This document shows positions 19,712-28,025 of a stretch of 32,000 nt of DNA, piece by piece. The DNA comes from Anatilimnocola sp. NA78 (GTDB taxonomy: Bacteria > Planctomycetota > Planctomycetia > Pirellulales > Pirellulaceae), in NCBI RefSeq assembly GCF_049819085.1, contig NZ_CP187419.1:3345884-3377883 (forward strand). Direction: 5' to 3'. Below the pieces are notes generated by a model. It was given only the letters and a program-made list of their open reading frames with translations, made no database searches and had not been told where the DNA came from. Positions within the stretch are counted from its first letter, which is position 1. Each line of letters starts with the position of its first letter. Both the position numbers and the translations under genes were made by a program.

Positions 19712-21264
19712 GCTGCATCGTCCTTTCGTTTCGAAACTTCACTTCCAATCGCTTGCAAACCGCTGGAGCGGAAGATGATGGCAACGCTACCGGCGTGTCC
19801 GTCATAGGACACCCGTTCGACGATTAGCTCTACCATGCGGGCTTGCTCGCGCGGCGCCAGGCACTCCCAGACTCCTTCAAACTCGGCAAGCGCGCTTGGC
19901 ACGTCATCGCCATTCAGAACTTCTTTGTCGAGTGCCGCGAGTTCACAGTTGATCAGAGACATACGCTGCTCAGCGTTCTGGATGCGTTCGTGGGTGGTTG
20001 AAAGTCTCGCGGCGTCGATCTCGGTGCTGGTCGCCATTTGTGCCAATTCAGAATGGTCGTTCCGCAGCCGAGTAAACAAATTCCCTCGCTCTGCTTGCAG
20101 ATTGTGAACCTGCGAATCACGCTGACGGCAAGCTTGTTGCAACGAGTCACGTACAAGCTGTGGATCACGGCAAAGCGATTTCATTTCGGTGATGACGAAA
20201 CGCTCGATCTCAGCCGCGGGAATTGATGGTGCGGGACACGTTTGCCAGCCGCGCTTCTGAGCACGGTTGCAAATGTAATAGCGATATTCTCGTTTTCCGC
20301 GTGTCGTGTACGAATGGCTCATCCCGCACTTGCAAGGCTTGCACTGGAGCAGTCCGCGTAGCAACGCACCATGCTTGTTCCGAACACCGCGCCCACCGCT
20401 GCGGCCATTTCGCTCGAGCAGCGATTGAACGCGGTTAAATTCGTCCTCTGGCACGATCGCCTGGTGTTCGCCCGCGTGGACTTCCTCCTTGTACCGGACC
20501 TTGCCGATATAGGTTGGATTCGTGAGCAGCTGATGCAGCGAGCTCTTGTCGAATGTTCGACCGCCCCGGACCGACCCTTTGCGCGTATTCCACCGCTTGG
20601 TTCGCCAGCCTCGCAAGTTCAATTCGTCGCTAACCGCGAGCAGGGACTGGCGTTCTAGGTACATTTGGAAGATCTGCCGAACCATCCCGGCTTCCCCAGG
20701 ATCGACCACGAGCTTCGTGTCGACCACGTTGTAGCCCAGAACTGGCATGCCCCCGGACCACTTCCCCTTCCGCCGGGCCGCGGCGATCTTGTCGCGCGTT
20801 CGCTCGCTGATCATTTCCCGTTCGAACTGAGCGAACGAAAGCAGTACGTTCAGAATGAGCCGGCCCATCGACGTCGCCGTGTTGAACGCCTGCGTTACGC
20901 TGACAAACGAAACCTTGTGCCGTTCGAAGACCTCGATGATCTTGCCGAAGTCGAGGAGGCTGCGGCTCAAGCGATCAACTTTGTAGACGACCACGCAGTC
21001 GATCTTGCCCGCTTCGATATCGGCAATCAGTTGACGCAAGCCGGGGCGATCCATGTTGGCGCCCGTAAAGCCACCGTCGTCGTACTGCGTCGGCGAACAA
21101 ACCCAGCCCTCGTGTAACTGGCTCTTGATGTACGCTTCGCCGGCCTCGCGCTGCGCGTCGAGCGAGTTGAACTCTTGCTGCAATCCTTCCTCGGTCGACT
21201 TCCGCGTGTAGATCGCGCAGCGAACGCTCTTCGGCGCTGGTGTTTTGATTTGTTGGCGTTTCAT
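19708..21264 (-). CDS. Large serine recombinase/integrase (518 aa)
   Basis: Start set to ATG 21264 (MKRQQIKTPAPKSVRCAIYTRKSTEE, with the catalytic Ser in YTRKST). The resolvase core shows VVYKVDRLSRS and FAQFERE. The recombinase domain and zinc ribbon show CKPCKCGMSHSY..YRYYICN..CP, followed by a C-terminal coiled-coil-like region. The start overlaps the DUF2924 stop as ATGA. Confidence 0.9.
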   Translation of the reverse strand: MKRQQIKTPAPKSVRCAIYTRKSTEEGLQQEFNSLDAQREAGEAYIKSQLHEGWVCSPTQYDDGGFTGANMDRPGLRQLIADIEAGKIDCVVVYKVDRLSRSLLDFGKIIEVFERHKVSFVSVTQAFNTATSMGRLILNVLLSFAQFEREMISERTRDKIAAARRKGKWSGGMPVLGYNVVDTKLVVDPGEAGMVRQIFQMYLERQSLLAVSDELNLRGWRTKRWNTRKGSVRGGRTFDKSSLHQLLTNPTYIGKVRYKEEVHAGEHQAIVPEDEFNRVQSLLERNGRSGGRGVRNKHGALLRGLLQCKPCKCGMSHSYTTRGKREYRYYICNRAQKRGWQTCPAPSIPAAEIERFVITEMKSLCRDPQLVRDSLQQACRQRDSQVHNLQAERGNLFTRLRNDHSELAQMATSTEIDAARLSTTHERIQNAEQRMSLINCELAALDKEVLNGDDVPSALAEFEGVWECLAPREQARMVELIVERVSYDGHAGSVAIIFRSSGLQAIGSEVSKRKDDAA

Positions 21265-21755
21265 TTCGCACCTGCCTTCTCGCGCAGGCCGAAGAAATGA
21301 AATCCGTTCCAGTGTTTGCCAGTGATCGCTTTGGCCACCGCGGTCAGCGACTTGTACCGCTCGCCTTCGCATTCGAAGCCGTCGTCGAGCACGATCACGC
21401 TAATGGTCCGCCCCTTGTAATCGCGCTTAAGCCTCGTGCCCGGCAGCAAGTGCGTGGATGCGGTGATCTTTGCTGGCACAGTCTTCGTGCGTTCGTCGGC
21501 ACCGTCGGTGGATCGCCGTGGACGCGGTGCGGTGACGCGGAGGTCGGCATCGTTGGCCAGCTCCATCGCCCGCCGGCGAGCTCGTTCCGACAATCCGCCC
21601 TCCGCGTTCGCCTGCATTCGCCAGGCAATTCGCTTGATCAGCCATTCCTTGTTGCGGCCGGTGGTCGCTTCGCCGAAAACCTCGGCGAACTTCCCCCGCA
21701 ATTCGTCGACGGTCATCCGCTGCATCGCGGTGACCTGTTTGTCAATGTTCAGCAT
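21261..21755 (-). CDS. DUF2924-type protein (164 aa), usual partner of this recombinase class
   Basis: The N-terminus MTVDELRGKFAEVFGE and C-terminus LLPGTRLKRDYKGRTISVIVLDDGFECEGERYKSLTAVAKAITGKHWNGFHFFGL match what I recall of DUF2924. GGAG lies 5 nt upstream of the ATG. Confidence 0.8.
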   Translation of the reverse strand: MLNIDKQVTAMQRMTVDELRGKFAEVFGEATTGRNKEWLIKRIAWRMQANAEGGLSERARRRAMELANDADLRVTAPRPRRSTDGADERTKTVPAKITASTHLLPGTRLKRDYKGRTISVIVLDDGFECEGERYKSLTAVAKAITGKHWNGFHFFGLREKAGAK

Positions 21756-21763
21756 ATCTACTC

Positions 21764-22012
21764 CTAGGTTGAGTGACTCTCGGGACCGTTAACCCGTGTG
21801 GACACTGAGCACGGTTTCCTTCCGAAGCTCAAGGCCTCCGGCTGAGAATCGAGGAGAGTTTTTGTAGGTTTCAGTGCCCCGGCGTCGCTTGCCGAACGCT
21901 GACGCTGAACCAGCCGTAACACGCCCCGCGCCAGGATGTTAGCGAGTTCGTGCCGGCGTTCTTCAGGTGATAGATCGTCGGAGTTGGCGGCGTTACGCAT
22001 GGGCTTTCTCAC
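21764..22012 (-). CDS. Small hypothetical protein (78-82 aa) heading the recombinase module
   Basis: Start is GTG 22012 or ATG 22000. A decayed homologue exists at 15263-15448. It ends 8 nt upstream of the DUF2924 gene. Confidence 0.5.
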   Translation of the reverse strand: MRKPMRNAANSDDLSPEERRHELANILARGVLRLVQRQRSASDAGALKPTKTLLDSQPEALSFGRKPCSVSTRVNGPESHST

Positions 22013-22169
22013 AAGCAGTTCTCGGGATCCCGCGAAGCAATTCCACGGACGTTTGAATGCTTGTTAACAACCCGGTCGACGGCTGAACTGACGAATTTGT
22101 CCAACGAGAATTCTGCGGCTAAATGACGTATCTCTAAGCCAGCAAGGCACTTAAAAATGCTAGCAAAAA

Positions 22170-22233
22170 TCTGCTTGCGTTAACCCGTCAGTCTCGATAT
22201 AAATCCCGTCAGTGGTATTCTTAGTCCGTTAGC
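22170..22233 (+). promoter_or_regulatory. Phased direct repeats (candidate operator) in the divergent recombinase-module/lexA intergenic region
   Basis: CCCGTCAGT occurs at 22184-22192 and 22205-22213, and TCCGTTAGC at 22225-22233. The spacings are 21 and 20 bp, and the last repeat ends 18 nt before ATG 22251. A related tgcttg-ttaac-cccg-tc element lies at 22057-22078. Confidence 0.4.
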
Positions 22234-22250
22234 GCTAATTGGAATTGCTC

Positions 22251-22907
22251 ATGGCCAAACGTAAGCGACCTGGTCGGCCCTTCGTGGAGAAGATCACGGA
22301 CGCCCAGCGAACAACGCTGCAGGCGATCCGCGATTTCATCACGCAGCACGAGTTTCCGCCGACGATGCAGGAGCTCGGTCAGAAGCTGAAGATCAGCGGC
22401 GCCAGCGCTCATCAGCTGGTGCGGCAGCTCGAGCGTAAGGGATACGTCAGTCGTATCCCGAAGCAAGCTCGCAGCCTCAAAGTCCTGCGGGAGATCGAAC
22501 AGCAGCCCGCTTCGCTCGTCTCGGTTGAACTGCTCGGGATGGTGGCTGCCGGCCAAGAGCTGTGGGCCGACGAAAACAGGCTCGGCGAGGTCATGGTGGA
22601 AAGCAGCCTCATTGGTCGTGGCAAGCACTATGCCTTGCGGGTGAAGGGCCAGAGCATGATCAACGCCGGCATCCGGGAAGGCGACATCGTGATCGTCAGG
22701 CAGCAGCCAGTAGCCGAGAGCGGCGAAATCGTTGTGGCGTCAACCAGTAAGGGGACCACGGTGAAGCGGCTGTTCATGCAAGGGGATCAGATTGAGCTGC
22801 GCCCAGAGAACAAGCTGTTCAAGCCGATTCTCGTGTCCGAAGAATCGGATCTCAGAATTCTAGGAAAGGTGATTGGTATTAGACACTCAGCAGAAAGGGA
22901 AGGATGA
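22251..22907 (+). CDS. lexA: LexA-type repressor: winged HTH plus S24 self-cleaving peptidase (218 aa)
   Basis: TLQAIRDFITQHEFPPTMQELGQKLKISGASAHQLVRQLERKGYV is a LexA N-terminal domain. VAAGQ carries an Ala-Gly cleavage site. VKGQSM carries the catalytic Ser and TTVKRL the Lys. ATG 22251 is preferred over the TTG at 22239. Confidence 0.85.
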   Translation: MAKRKRPGRPFVEKITDAQRTTLQAIRDFITQHEFPPTMQELGQKLKISGASAHQLVRQLERKGYVSRIPKQARSLKVLREIEQQPASLVSVELLGMVAAGQELWADENRLGEVMVESSLIGRGKHYALRVKGQSMINAGIREGDIVIVRQQPVAESGEIVVASTSKGTTVKRLFMQGDQIELRPENKLFKPILVSEESDLRILGKVIGIRHSAEREG

Positions 22908-22908
22908 C

Positions 22909-24132
22909 ATGACTGTGCGACCGTTTTCAGTTCCGACCGTACTTCGTTCGACACCCAATGAATTGCTCCAACAGTGCTTCCAGGAATTGGGACACGGCGA
23001 CAGCAGGATTCCCTGGTTGTGGCTGAAGCATAAGGAAATCGACCCCATTCAAAACTATCTCGACAGCTTGCCCCTCGAGGAGCGGAACGCGATCGAGGGT
23101 GTGCTCCGCAATGTCTTCGAGCTCGCCAACGAGCCTGGTTACCGTGCCATCTTGGAAGCGGCTCCGCATTGCGCCGTGTACAACTTGCCGGCCCTGGTGC
23201 CGGAAGACTTGAGCATCTCCGGCCGAGTGATGTGGGTTTGGCTGCACCAGCGGCCAACCTTCGAGAAAGCGCTCATCATTAACCAGGTGGAACAGTTGTC
23301 CTGGTGGCGTAAGCGAAATGATCTTCCCAAGGAGGAGCCGGATACCAGTCCCAGCGCGAAACGTGCCCTGGCCAACGACATCTCGCATCTGTTCAAAGAT
23401 CAGGGACGGGGGAAAGACTGTAGCGTCGAGGTCATGTCGCGCGACTGCATCGATTACTTCTTCGTGCATCCCGATGATTTCGTGAAGAACGTGACCGTTC
23501 ACGATCAACACGGCAAGCTCACCGACGAACCCATTCGTCAGACGTTCCTGGTCGTGTTTGCCTACAATCGTTCGCAAGGCACCCTCGAGACGTTCGCCAG
23601 ACTGCCGAAAAAAGAGAAAGAACGGCTCGAATGGATCTTTGCCAGCAACATTCTGGGTGTAAATCTCCCGCCGCATGAGCCCGAGCCGGCCTATGAACTG
23701 GACCACCTCAAAGATCCGATGTTCCTGCTCGAAACAGACGCTGCGGACTTACTGAGTGTCCACATTCGCAAGATGCGGCTCGAACCGCCGAATGGCCGTC
23801 GGACCTTGATCGAAATCAACGACCAGGACTCCGAGGACAGCATCCACTGCGCCATCCATGACTGCTTGAATCTGGAATACATTCCGCTCGAGCGGTGGGC
23901 CGTTTCGATGGTCACCATTTGCTTTGAATTTCGATTCAAGGATGGCCGTAAACCGGGTCAGGTGAGCGTTGACATCAGCTATCCGCACTCGGCTGGCCTA
24001 CGAGGCATTCGGCCTGAACGTCTCGAACTCATCCAAAAGTATCTGAAGCGCTGGGGAATCGAACGTGTCGCAGACGCTGATGAGGATGATGATGACCTGG
24101 GAGATCAATCACCCAGTTCTAAGTGCGCATGA
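22909..24132 (+). CDS. Hypothetical protein (407 aa) immediately downstream of lexA
   Basis: ATG 22909 lies 1 nt after the lexA stop. The lexA 3' end GAAAGGGAAGGA serves as the RBS. The C-terminal tail is acidic (DADEDDDDLGD). No motif recognised. Confidence 0.65.
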   Translation: MTVRPFSVPTVLRSTPNELLQQCFQELGHGDSRIPWLWLKHKEIDPIQNYLDSLPLEERNAIEGVLRNVFELANEPGYRAILEAAPHCAVYNLPALVPEDLSISGRVMWVWLHQRPTFEKALIINQVEQLSWWRKRNDLPKEEPDTSPSAKRALANDISHLFKDQGRGKDCSVEVMSRDCIDYFFVHPDDFVKNVTVHDQHGKLTDEPIRQTFLVVFAYNRSQGTLETFARLPKKEKERLEWIFASNILGVNLPPHEPEPAYELDHLKDPMFLLETDAADLLSVHIRKMRLEPPNGRRTLIEINDQDSEDSIHCAIHDCLNLEYIPLERWAVSMVTICFEFRFKDGRKPGQVSVDISYPHSAGLRGIRPERLELIQKYLKRWGIERVADADEDDDDLGDQSPSSKCA

Positions 24133-25018
24133 GGTCGTCGGCGATCTCGCAGCGCTCGTTACGACGCTGCAGAAGCAAGGGATCTTGCTTCCCACGACGC
24201 CCGCGGCAGCGTTCACTTGCACGGAATGCGGTGAACGCCAGCGGTTGATCTACATCACCGGTCAGAAAGATACGACGCACGCTTACATCAACTGCCGTGA
24301 CTGCGGGCCGTCGAAAATCGACGATTCGCTCCTCTTACGCTGGCAAATCGACTCTCGCAAGTTCATTGGCGCGATCTTTCAATCGCTCGACCTGTCGGTT
24401 CGCGAGCACCTGCCGCGGCAACTTTGGCATTTGGGCCGGGCCAACCTGGCGGGCCGCAGCCGCGACGTCTGGTTCGTTCGGAACTATCAGCCCTCACTGG
24501 TGGATGCTGTTGTTACCACGTTGAAAACACGCCCGAAGTCGATCCTGTTTGCTCCGCTGGAATCGAGCGTCTTACGTTGGCAGGCGAAGCTGCCCAATCT
24601 GGTCTTCGCGCTGGAATCCAGTTTTGGCAGCGACGGAATCAGTCTCGATATCGAAGCTATCGAATCGCGAATTGCCGAGCTTGAGCCAAACACCAAGGTG
24701 AGTAAAACGACAGACAAGGTCTCCGCCAGGCGAGCGCTGCGTCTCTCGCACATTGAGTTACTTCGCAACGAACTGATCAAACATCTGCGCTCTGCCCGCG
24801 ATCACGCGTATGCCCAAAAGGAGTTAACGGGCAAGTCGAAGCTGCTCAAGCGACCGTCCAAAAAGAAGCTCGGCGAGTTGGTTGGCTTACGAAGTGACAC
24901 GGTTACTCGCTGCTTTCAAGATCACTCTGCCAAGGAACTCGGCCTCCTCTGGAAATTGGCCGTCGATCTTCCTCGTCTGATCAAGTGGACCGGCTCGATT
25001 TCGAAAGTGAGGACCTAG
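24080..25018 (+). CDS. Hypothetical protein with a CxxC...CxxC zinc ribbon and a C-terminal HTH-like segment (about 312 aa)
   Basis: The zinc ribbon is FTCTECGERQRL...INCRDCGPSK. The C-terminus is KKKLGELVGLRSDTVTRCFQD. Candidate starts are 24065 to 24092, overlapping the upstream gene by 40-68 nt. Confidence 0.55.
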   Translation: MRMMMTWEINHPVLSAHEVVGDLAALVTTLQKQGILLPTTPAAAFTCTECGERQRLIYITGQKDTTHAYINCRDCGPSKIDDSLLLRWQIDSRKFIGAIFQSLDLSVREHLPRQLWHLGRANLAGRSRDVWFVRNYQPSLVDAVVTTLKTRPKSILFAPLESSVLRWQAKLPNLVFALESSFGSDGISLDIEAIESRIAELEPNTKVSKTTDKVSARRALRLSHIELLRNELIKHLRSARDHAYAQKELTGKSKLLKRPSKKKLGELVGLRSDTVTRCFQDHSAKELGLLWKLAVDLPRLIKWTGSISKVRT

Positions 25019-25202
25019 CGTTTTTGCAGTTGCACTGATTTGCTGCAACGGACGATCTGCAATTTGATGCTGCCAACAGCCTGTGGCCCAACGACTTGCG
25101 TTGAGCCACAGGTTTTTTCGTGCGCCGGGCTGCAATTCGGCCGGCGGGTGTTGCTGTGCCCAGTCGTGCACAGCGGGTTCAGCACCCGTCGGAGTCGCGC
25201 AC

Positions 25203-25820
25203 ATGGATCGTTCGGAGAAGTCACAAGGGCCGCTAGGCCCATCAAGCACCTCAGCAGATCAACTGGATTCATTCACTCAGGGATTCGTGCGCAAGTGTGC
25301 GCGCAATCTCATCGGCAAATTCGGATTTCGACACCAAGACCGTGATGACATCGAGCAGCGGCTCTATCTGAAGCTGGCCAAGCACTTACCTGCTGCTCAA
25401 CCCGATGATCCGAAGTGGAAGGCCTTCGTATCCCTCACGGTCAAACGGCACATCGTCAATATGATCCGGGACCGTGAGGCGGCGAAGCGCGATGATCGAG
25501 GGACCTGTTCCATTTACGTGCGAATCGGAGCTCCCAACGATGCCGTCGAACTATCGGCGACGCTGATCCATCGAGAGATCCCATCCCGTCGCGGTCGGAG
25601 CAATCGCACGGAGCAGGAACTCTTGGAACTGCTCATCGACGTAGCAGACAGTATCTCCGCTGTCGCGGACGACAAGCAGCGCGAGTTGTTGAAGCGGTTA
25701 GAGAGCACCTCGATCGCGCAGATTGCCCGGGAAATGGGCATCCCGCGCACCACTCTCAACTCGTGGTTACCGAGACTTCGGGAGCACTTCGAAAAACGCA
25801 GTCTCAAGGAATATTTGTAA
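25203..25820 (+). CDS. Sigma-70 family, ECF-like sigma factor (205 aa)
   Basis: Region 2-like segments are DRDDIEQRLYLKLAKHL and FVSLTVKRHIVNMIRDREAAKR. The region 4 HTH is ELLKRLESTSIAQIAREMGIPRTTLNSWLPRLREHF. ATG 25203 is preferred over the CG-rich N-terminal extension. Confidence 0.55.
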   Translation: MDRSEKSQGPLGPSSTSADQLDSFTQGFVRKCARNLIGKFGFRHQDRDDIEQRLYLKLAKHLPAAQPDDPKWKAFVSLTVKRHIVNMIRDREAAKRDDRGTCSIYVRIGAPNDAVELSATLIHREIPSRRGRSNRTEQELLELLIDVADSISAVADDKQRELLKRLESTSIAQIAREMGIPRTTLNSWLPRLREHFEKRSLKEYL

Positions 25821-25890
25821 TTGGTTTCGTCAGTTCGTTCCCGAACCGGGTTTTTAATAGGTATCTACTGCTCGTTTCAAGGAGTTCACT

Positions 25891-26193
25891 GTGGTCATGA
25901 ATATTTATCGGTATCGGTTCAACGAGTCGGTTCCCGCCGAGGAGATCGAGGCGGCTATCTTGCTGGCGATTTGGGGCTGCGAAGCGCTACATGGCGAATC
26001 CCAGACGCGTCTCGATGCAGCACATTTCTTCGATCTGGAATCAAGGACTTGCATCATTGATGCAGGCACCGACGTCGGCCGGGACTTCTGCCGGTTGTTC
26101 GTGAATTTTGTTCGCCGCGAATGCGGAGATGACTCGTTCGAAGTAGAGCGGGCGACAACCGCTGACGCATTAGCACCTTCGAAACCTTCGTGA
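25891..26193 (+). CDS. Small hypothetical protein (100 aa)
   Basis: AAGGAG lies 6 nt upstream of GTG 25891, with an ATG at 25897. No motif recognised. Confidence 0.45.
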   Translation: MVMNIYRYRFNESVPAEEIEAAILLAIWGCEALHGESQTRLDAAHFFDLESRTCIIDAGTDVGRDFCRLFVNFVRRECGDDSFEVERATTADALAPSKPS

Positions 26194-26271
26194 TGTCGTC
26201 GAGCCCTGTACCGATTCTTTCCCAGACGGAATGAACTGCGGAAGTAATCTATCAAGCCTCTGGGGGCCATC

Positions 26272-27888
26272 GTGAATTCTCAAACTGCGAAAGCTCGACG
26301 CCAGGCGAATCCGCTGCCTGCGGATGGCTACGCGAAAGGAGTGACCGCGCAGCCGCCATTCGACCGACGGGCGGAGATGGGGTATATCGGGACGTTGATG
26401 ATGGCAGGTTACGACCCCGCCTATCAGTCGCTCATCGACGATATGCTCGCGGTCGTCCGCTCGGATGACTGTTACGACGACGCGCATGTCACGTTAGTCG
26501 AACACATTCGAAATCTGCATGCGAACGCGAAGATCGATCCGACGTTACTCGTTGACCGACTTAAAGTTGCTGGTGACTACGAGGCAGTTGGCGGCAGTGC
26601 CTATCTCAGCAAGATTATCAACTCCGTGCCGAACGTCGCGAACGGCATGTACTACGCCGAGATCATTCGCGACCACCGGCGGCGGCGCGACTTGCAAACG
26701 GCGGCCCTACAGCTGCTGGAGGCAGGAGAGCATATCGATCTTGCACTGGCGGATCAATTGCTTCGCTCGTGCCTTGATGCTGAGACTTCCAACCGTGGAG
26801 TCGTATTCCGCGCGATGACGGGGACACAGCTTGCCGCCGCCTCCTTCACGACAACCTACCTGGTGCAAGACGTCTATGTCGAACGGCAACCGTTGATCTT
26901 TGGCGGCGGCAAGAAGAACCTCAAGACAAACTCGCTATTGGACTTCGGAATATCGGGCACAACGGGCAGCCCCTTCCTGGGACAATTCGCCGTCAATCGA
27001 CGTTTCCGAGTCGCGATCATGACAGGCGAGTCCGGCGAAGCGACGGTGAAAGAATCCTGCGAGCGCATCGCTCGAGCGAAGGGCGTCGACCTCAATGACG
27101 ATCTGATCATTTCACCTGACCTGCCGCGGATCGAAGAGCCGGCTCACCAACGAGCCTTGCGGAGATTTATTCGGGACTGGAAGCCAGAGGTAATCGCCAT
27201 TGATCCGGCCTACCTTTGCATGTCCGGTGACGATGCCTCGAGCGTCTTTAAGAATGGCAACATTCTCCGCACGTTGGCCGAAATCTGCCGTGAGGAAAGT
27301 GCCGGGCTGATCTTGGCGCACCACACAAAAAAGAAGTCGTCCGGCAAGGGCGGCGACATGTTCGCTCCTCCGGAGCTCGAGGATTTGAGCTGGGCAGGCT
27401 TTCAAGAGTTTGCACGACAGTGGGTGCTATTCAGCCGCAGCCAGAAGTATGACCCCGAGCAGGCTGGCCATCACGAACTGTGGATGAGCATTGGCGGAAG
27501 TGCCGGTCATTCATCGCTCTGGGCGGTCACCATCGATGAAGGCTCGCCAAAGGACGCTGGTGGTCGGCGCTGGGATGTGGCGGTCAACACACCATCCGAC
27601 GCACGCCAGACAGCTCAGCAGCAGCAGGAAGAAGCAAAACAAGCAAAGCAAAGCGAGGCTCATCGCAGCAAGGTCGAGAAAGCGAAGGACGGGATCACGA
27701 ACGCGCTGCGAACCATGCCGAATAACTCGGGGTCGAAGAGCAGCATTCAAGATCGAGCGGGCATGAAGGGAAATGCCTTTGACGATGCACTCGGGATCAT
27801 GCTGCGTGAAGGCAAGCTGGTGGAGTGCGAGATTACCCTTTCCAACAAACAGAAATACCCAGGTTTTCGATATGTATTCCAACACTAA
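26272..27888 (+). CDS. Replication protein: DnaB-N-terminal-like domain plus RecA-fold AAA_25/RepA-like ATPase (538 aa)
   Basis: PPFDRRAEMGYIGTLMMAGYDP and VGGSAYLSKIINSVP..ANGMYYAEIIRDHRRRRDL resemble the DnaB N-terminal domain. The P-loop-like segment is LIFGGGKKNLKT. The Walker B-like segment is PEVIAIDPAY. LILAHHTKKKSS resembles the RepA/AAA_25 HHxxK segment. Confidence 0.65.
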   Translation: MNSQTAKARRQANPLPADGYAKGVTAQPPFDRRAEMGYIGTLMMAGYDPAYQSLIDDMLAVVRSDDCYDDAHVTLVEHIRNLHANAKIDPTLLVDRLKVAGDYEAVGGSAYLSKIINSVPNVANGMYYAEIIRDHRRRRDLQTAALQLLEAGEHIDLALADQLLRSCLDAETSNRGVVFRAMTGTQLAAASFTTTYLVQDVYVERQPLIFGGGKKNLKTNSLLDFGISGTTGSPFLGQFAVNRRFRVAIMTGESGEATVKESCERIARAKGVDLNDDLIISPDLPRIEEPAHQRALRRFIRDWKPEVIAIDPAYLCMSGDDASSVFKNGNILRTLAEICREESAGLILAHHTKKKSSGKGGDMFAPPELEDLSWAGFQEFARQWVLFSRSQKYDPEQAGHHELWMSIGGSAGHSSLWAVTIDEGSPKDAGGRRWDVAVNTPSDARQTAQQQQEEAKQAKQSEAHRSKVEKAKDGITNALRTMPNNSGSKSSIQDRAGMKGNAFDDALGIMLREGKLVECEITLSNKQKYPGFRYVFQH

Positions 27889-27889
27889 A

Positions 27890-28025
27890 CACTCCGCCAC
27901 TCCGCCGATTCATTCAGCAGCCGACTCGCCGAGTGCCACTCCGCCACTCCGCCGCCGCCCCCCTTCTATAAGAAGGGGGCGGAGGAGTGGTGTGGTGTGG
28001 CAGAGTGATGACGATCGGCGGAGTG
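27890..28025 (+). repeat. Iteron-like repeat cluster around a GC-rich hairpin, directly after the replication gene
   Basis: CACTCCGCC occurs at 27890, 27898, 27937 and 27945 as two tandem overlapping pairs 47 bp apart. Its reverse complement GGCGGAGTG lies at 28017-28025, with a degenerate copy at 27979-27990. Hairpin arms 27959-27967 and 27971-27979 pair perfectly over 9 bp with loop ata, extendable to 12 bp with one bulge. Confidence 0.5.

Noticed and set aside
22251-22907. Reading lexA plus downstream genes as the lexA-imuA-imuB-dnaE2 mutagenesis cassette
   Set aside because: The downstream proteins (407 aa and about 312 aa) show no RecA/SulA-like or Y-family polymerase motifs, and no dnaE2-sized gene follows.
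22927-23706. 259-aa minus-strand ORF and neighbouring antisense ORFs (22787..23257, 23691..23939, 23749..23988)
   Set aside because: The plus-strand 407-aa frame is longer, starts 1 nt after lexA with a good RBS, and fits the operon direction. The minus-strand frames have no start context or motifs.
25821-25860. Possible intrinsic terminator after the sigma-factor gene (cccgaaccggg followed by ttttt)
   Set aside because: The stem is only about 4 bp, which is too weak to call from sequence alone.
27890-27953. Possibility that the CACTCCGCC repeats are a CRISPR array
   Set aside because: The repeats are only 9 nt long, overlap in tandem, and have no regular spacers of 30 nt or so. No cas genes are present in the window.
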